Of a stretch of 64,000 bases of DNA, positions 60,023 to 64,000 are shown one piece after another. This DNA is from a bacterium. GTDB taxonomy: Bacteria > RBG-13-61-14 > DATKZS01. A model generated the notes under the pieces. It was not told the DNA's origin and searched no databases. It saw nothing but the letters and a program-made list of their open reading frames with translations. The stretch spans positions 608,001 to 672,000 of the forward strand of contig CAXXFL010000006.1 of NCBI GenBank assembly GCA_963674965.2, written 5' to 3'. The translations under genes and the position numbers were made by a program. Within the stretch, counting starts at the first letter, position 1; each line of letters starts with the position of its first letter.

Positions 60023-60892
60023 ATGGTAAACCTTTACGTCATGATCAACCGGCTGATCGACTCCCTCATGGGTCCCCTCGAGGGAGTCAGCCCGATATGG
60101 CCCCTGGCCATCTGGTCCATTGTCGTGGGCGTCGTGGCCATGATTATTTACAAGTACACCTCCAAGCAGGACGGCATCAAGGACGCCAAGGACAAGATCA
60201 AGGGCCATTTCTACGAGGTCTGGCTCTATATCGACGACGCGCCGGTTATCGCCAAGGCCCAGCTCAAGGTCATGTTTAACGCCTTCCGGTACATGGCCTA
60301 CGCGGCCCCTCCCCTGGCCATCATGATCGTCCTGTTCTTTCCTCTTTTCGCCAACCTCGAGACCCGCTACGCCATGAAGCCGGTCCCCGTGGGTGACGAG
60401 ACCCTGGTCAAGCTGCGCCTGGCCCGGGAGTTCGACGGGTGGCAAAACCAGGTCAAGCTCGACCTTCCGCCCGGCGTCGAGCTGGTGGGAAACCCCGTCA
60501 GGTTTTCCCGCCGCGTGTTCGAGTCGGACTCGAGCAAAAAGGTCGTCCGCGTGGACCATGAGGTCAACTACAAGCTGAAGGCGACCGAACCGGGCCGCCA
60601 CGACCTGGCCTTTACGGTCAAGGGCAAATCCTTCACCGTGCCCTTCCTGGCCGGACCGGACTACGGCAAAAGGGCCACGCCCCTGGCGGCGACCACCAGC
60701 CTGGGAGAGGCCCTGCTTTTCCCGCCAACCGCCAAGGTCCCGGCCGAGGCCGACGTCGAGCGGGTCGAGATCAAGTACCCCGAGGCCGACTTCCCCTTCC
60801 TGGGATGGAACGCCTGGTGGATATGGCCGTTCCTTATAATCTCGATGATCGCGGCCTACGCCGTCAAGGGCGTCTTCAAGGTCGAGATATAA
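60023..60892 (+). CDS. EMC3/TMCO1 (DUF106, Oxa1-superfamily)-like membrane protein with soluble beta-rich insert
   Basis: TM1-YKYTSKQ-amphipathic helices-RYM..PLAIMIVLFFP (TM2)-~140-aa insert-FLGW..WW.W.FLIIS (TM3)-KGVFKV. Confidence 0.6.
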   Translation: MVNLYVMINRLIDSLMGPLEGVSPIWPLAIWSIVVGVVAMIIYKYTSKQDGIKDAKDKIKGHFYEVWLYIDDAPVIAKAQLKVMFNAFRYMAYAAPPLAIMIVLFFPLFANLETRYAMKPVPVGDETLVKLRLAREFDGWQNQVKLDLPPGVELVGNPVRFSRRVFESDSSKKVVRVDHEVNYKLKATEPGRHDLAFTVKGKSFTVPFLAGPDYGKRATPLAATTSLGEALLFPPTAKVPAEADVERVEIKYPEADFPFLGWNAWWIWPFLIISMIAAYAVKGVFKVEI

Positions 60893-60928
60893 TTCGCCAA
60901 AGCCGGCGATAAGGCCCCTCGGACAAAA

Positions 60929-60966
60929 AAATCGCGCCCGGACCTTTTCCGCCCGGACGCGATTTC
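60929..60966. terminator. Bidirectional hairpin between convergent genes
   Basis: AAATCGCG.CCGG..CCGG.CGCGATTT. Confidence 0.55.
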
Positions 60967-60979
60967 GCGTTTTAAGATT

Positions 60980-61450
60980 TTACTCGGCCTTGATCACGAA
61001 GGTCTTGGCGATCTTATCGTGCCAGCCCTGGTTGTTGGCGTCAATGAATATCCAGATGAAGCCGAGATATATTACAAGGCTAGAAACGGCGTATCCCACC
61101 AGTCTCAATATAGCGTCAACCGGACCCAGGTCCGCGCCGTCCGCTTTAATCGCCTTGATCTTCATCACCTTCTTGCCGAACGTCTGTCCCCTCCCCGTAA
61201 GCGGATTGTCCATGCCTACAAGGTAAATAAAGTAGCCGATCACAACGACAAGATTCAGAAGGCTTGCAACAAGCGCCAAAATGCCGCTTATTTTACCAAG
61301 GATAGCCCCGAGTATCCCGAAAACGATCCCTATCACGAAAAGGATACCCCAATCGATAAGGAAAGCGATAAACCTTGGTCCGTAATCCGCCAATTGTCCG
61401 GGTACGCCCGCTCCCGCCGCCGGCTGTCCGCCAGGAACCTGTTCCGTCAT
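60980..61450 (-). CDS. RDD family membrane protein
   Basis: RFIAFLID, GQTFGKKVMKIK, QGWHDKIAKTFV. Confidence 0.92.
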   Translation of the reverse strand: MTEQVPGGQPAAGAGVPGQLADYGPRFIAFLIDWGILFVIGIVFGILGAILGKISGILALVASLLNLVVVIGYFIYLVGMDNPLTGRGQTFGKKVMKIKAIKADGADLGPVDAILRLVGYAVSSLVIYLGFIWIFIDANNQGWHDKIAKTFVIKAE

Positions 61451-61583
61451 TTTCTCCTCCTTTTCATTGTTACCTTTTTAATCCATAGAACCGAAAGCGG
61501 CAAAGGCCGCTTGTGAACGCCCGTGTTATGAGAATAATACAACGCCGCGCTCGGATGTCAAGAGCGCCATGAAAACCTAATAT

Positions 61584-63224
61584 TTATTCCACCTCCTCCC
61601 TGGCCTTATTTGGGCCCGCGTTCCTCACGAAAACGCTGGCCCGCAGACCCTCGAGGTCGGGCCATATTCTCCCGTAAAATGACGACCCGAAACTGGTTCC
61701 CACCCACCGGTCCTTTTCCGTGTAGCCCAGTCCGCCCAGCCTCAGCTCGAGATAGGTCTTCCTCATCCGCGCCACCTTTGCATTATCCATCAGCTCGGGG
61801 TTGTCCTTGTAGGCGTTGTAATAGGCCTGATGGATCATGATCCGGTCCGCGTCCCTGGCCGCCAGGGTCTCCCGCGAGAGAGCGAACTGGGGCAGGAACT
61901 CCATGGTCCAGTTTATCTCCGGGTTAGGATAATAGGGCACAAAAGCCAGGTCCTTTTCGCCCGGCTCGTGGGAAAGGGCCATGGCCGCCGTGGGCGCCCG
62001 AAGGATGTAGTCCTCCAGCTTCGTAAACCCGTGGAACAAAAATAGGTTATAGGCCGCCGCGGCGCCCACGACGATTACCGCTCCCGCCCTCTTCAAGCGG
62101 GACTCGGCCCTCAGCCAGGGCTCGAGAAGAAGCGCCGCCAGAAGCGCGAAAAAAGGAGCGGCCGAGGCGTACAAATGGGGAACGCCCAACTCGCTCATGA
62201 AAATCATGAAGAGCAGGAACCCGGCCGGGTAGCTGAAAAAGAGGAGCCGTCGCCAATCTTTTAAATTCAGGCGAAACCATGCCCCCAATAGGGCCATTAA
62301 GCAAACGGGCGCTCCCATGGCCAGGGGCAGGGCTGAGGAAAACTGGAACAGCACCGGCTTTTGCCACCAAAGCTCGGGGGACCGCCGAAAAAGCGGGTTC
62401 AGCTTGTTCTGGAGGGCCCACTCGATGGGCGCCTGGCGAAGCGCCCCGTGCCAGTCGATAAAGGTCCACGGTGACAGGAGCATGAACGTCCCCATCGCGC
62501 CCAGGCCCACGATCAGCCAGCTATAGAGCTCGTCTTTGCCCGTCTCCTTTTTCCAGTGGCGCCTGGCCAGTATGATCAAGAAGGGCGCGGCCGCGACGGC
62601 GTGGTACTTCGCGGCCAGGGCAAAGCCGATGGAGACGCCGGCCAGGACGTAGTCCCTTATTGCTCCCCGGTCCACGATCCTGAGCGCGGCGTGGGTCGCG
62701 GCCAGGGCCGCGATGGCCACCAGGGGATCGTTCTTGATGAGGTTGGTGGTAAAGAGGAAAGTCGGGGTGGTGGCGCATAAAAAGGTCGCCGCCAGGGCCG
62801 CTCCCTCCCCGAACTCCCGCCGGGCGACGAGGTAAAGGAGCCACAAGGCCAATGCCCCGAGGATGGCGCCAAGGAGCCGCCCGAAAACGATGGTCTCCTC
62901 AAAGGGGAAGTGATAATGCCGAATGTGCCACTTGAAGGAGTCGAAGCTCTCGAAGCCGGGAAGGGCCGAAAAGTTGGCCGCCGCGTAAACGAGGCCGTAA
63001 GCCCCGGCCGTCAGGGTGAACTCGAGTTGCGGATACTTGTGCGTGCCGGGGCTGACGCTCAGGTTCTGGAGCATCTCGAGGGCCCCGTCCCTTACCCACC
63101 TCTCGTCCTCCACGCAGTATTGGGGCAGGAAAAGGCCGATGGACAAGGCGCGGTCCAAAAGGAAAAAGGCGATTATGGCCAGGGCCGGCGCCCATTGGCC
63201 CGGTGTTTTCCACCTGAGTTTCAT
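61584..63224 (-). CDS. GT-C fold (GT39/ArnT-like) lipid-carrier-dependent glycosyltransferase
   Basis: Acidic EDE after TM1, GRLLGAILG, KNDP, GFALAAKY; multi-TM. Confidence 0.78.
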   Translation of the reverse strand: MKLRWKTPGQWAPALAIIAFFLLDRALSIGLFLPQYCVEDERWVRDGALEMLQNLSVSPGTHKYPQLEFTLTAGAYGLVYAAANFSALPGFESFDSFKWHIRHYHFPFEETIVFGRLLGAILGALALWLLYLVARREFGEGAALAATFLCATTPTFLFTTNLIKNDPLVAIAALAATHAALRIVDRGAIRDYVLAGVSIGFALAAKYHAVAAAPFLIILARRHWKKETGKDELYSWLIVGLGAMGTFMLLSPWTFIDWHGALRQAPIEWALQNKLNPLFRRSPELWWQKPVLFQFSSALPLAMGAPVCLMALLGAWFRLNLKDWRRLLFFSYPAGFLLFMIFMSELGVPHLYASAAPFFALLAALLLEPWLRAESRLKRAGAVIVVGAAAAYNLFLFHGFTKLEDYILRAPTAAMALSHEPGEKDLAFVPYYPNPEINWTMEFLPQFALSRETLAARDADRIMIHQAYYNAYKDNPELMDNAKVARMRKTYLELRLGGLGYTEKDRWVGTSFGSSFYGRIWPDLEGLRASVFVRNAGPNKAREEVE

Positions 63225-63273
63225 GGCCCTATCTTACGCCAGGACCGCTCCCATGAAAACCCGGACGCTCGGG

Positions 63274-63999
63274 TCAAAGGCCCGGCGCAAGGATATCCCG
63301 CCAGGTCCGGCCGAACTCGACGCCCCTGCCCTCCATGTCCTTTCGGATCGGCGCGAGCCTCTTGATGAAGCTTCCATAGTCCCGCGACTCGGCCGGGGTC
63401 CACATAACCTCGGAGTGCGCGATCAGGCGGGGAAAGACCTTCGAGTCCATGTTGTCAAGCGTCACCCACTCGCCCCACAGGTTGACCTCCCCTCCCAGCA
63501 CCATGGGGTAAAGGGAAGGATCGAGGCCTCCGGGAATCGGCTCGAACCCGTAGAGGCCCTTGAGCGTGAAAAGCTTCTGAGAATAATCGATATAGCAGTG
63601 GGTCACGGGCGAGATGATGGTTTGCCGCCCGTTCTCGGCGGCGACCCGGCCGAACTCCTGTCTTCGCCACGCCTGCACCACCGAGCCCTCGGGCGCGTAG
63701 TCGGTGACCTCGTCCCAGGCGATCATGGTCTTCCCGCGTTTCGCCAGTATCTCGCTCACCCTCTCCACGAAGTAGCTTTGCAGGCCGTGATTGTCCGTAT
63801 ACCCGCGCTCCTCCATCAGCGCCCGGTTGGGCGGGTAGTCCTGCCAGTCGGAGGCCATCACCTCGTCGCTCCCGATATGAACGTACCTCGAGGGAAATAT
63901 CTCGGCTATCTCCCCGAACAGCTCGTCGAGAAACTCGTAGACCTCCTCCTTGCCCGGGCAAAGGGCCGACCTGTAGATGCCCGGACCCGAGCGCACGGG
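63274..63999 (-). CDS. GH20 beta-N-acetylhexosaminidase (C-terminal part; runs off right edge)
   Basis: YVHIGSDE, MIAWDE, YIDY, GGEVNLWGE, FPRLIAHSEVMW. Confidence 0.92.
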   Translation of the reverse strand, partial: PVRSGPGIYRSALCPGKEEVYEFLDELFGEIAEIFPSRYVHIGSDEVMASDWQDYPPNRALMEERGYTDNHGLQSYFVERVSEILAKRGKTMIAWDEVTDYAPEGSVVQAWRRQEFGRVAAENGRQTIISPVTHCYIDYSQKLFTLKGLYGFEPIPGGLDPSLYPMVLGGEVNLWGEWVTLDNMDSKVFPRLIAHSEVMWTPAESRDYGSFIKRLAPIRKDMEGRGVEFGRTWRDILAPGL

Positions 64000-64000
64000 C

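Overview
GC-rich bacterial chromosomal window, genetic code 11. Gene content (Geobacter/Myxococcus-type PilA with sigma54 promoter, vgrG-DUF2169, GAK-system XXXCH protein, CyaB-like cyclase) points to a deltaproteobacterial lineage (inference). Left to right: an orphan vgrG with a DUF2169 adaptor; a 4,236-aa secreted Ca-binding-repeat protein with a caspase/legumain-fold (C13-like) protease module; a tandem-START protein; pilA, a ppiD-like gene, a radical SAM gene, three hsp20 genes and a tetR/PQQ-propeller operon. A degraded island follows (~29.2-37.3 kb: DUF2924 scar, lexA, arsR-acr3-arsM-yeeE/yedE-arsC, truncated ISL3). Next are uvrB, an adenylate cyclase, an MFS transporter, a carboxylesterase, a REP-flanked Y1 transposase pseudogene, DUF1186, XXXCH, ankyrin, GH127, a second MFS and a lipoprotein. 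The right end holds the best candidate for an uncharacterised system: three AlkP-superfamily phosphodiesterases, a small RHH protein with an LxxLGY tail and an EMC3/TMCO1(DUF106)-like membrane protein, next to RDD, GT39-like and GH20 genes. No rRNA, tRNA or CRISPR was recognised. All family calls come from motif recognition by eye, not database searches.
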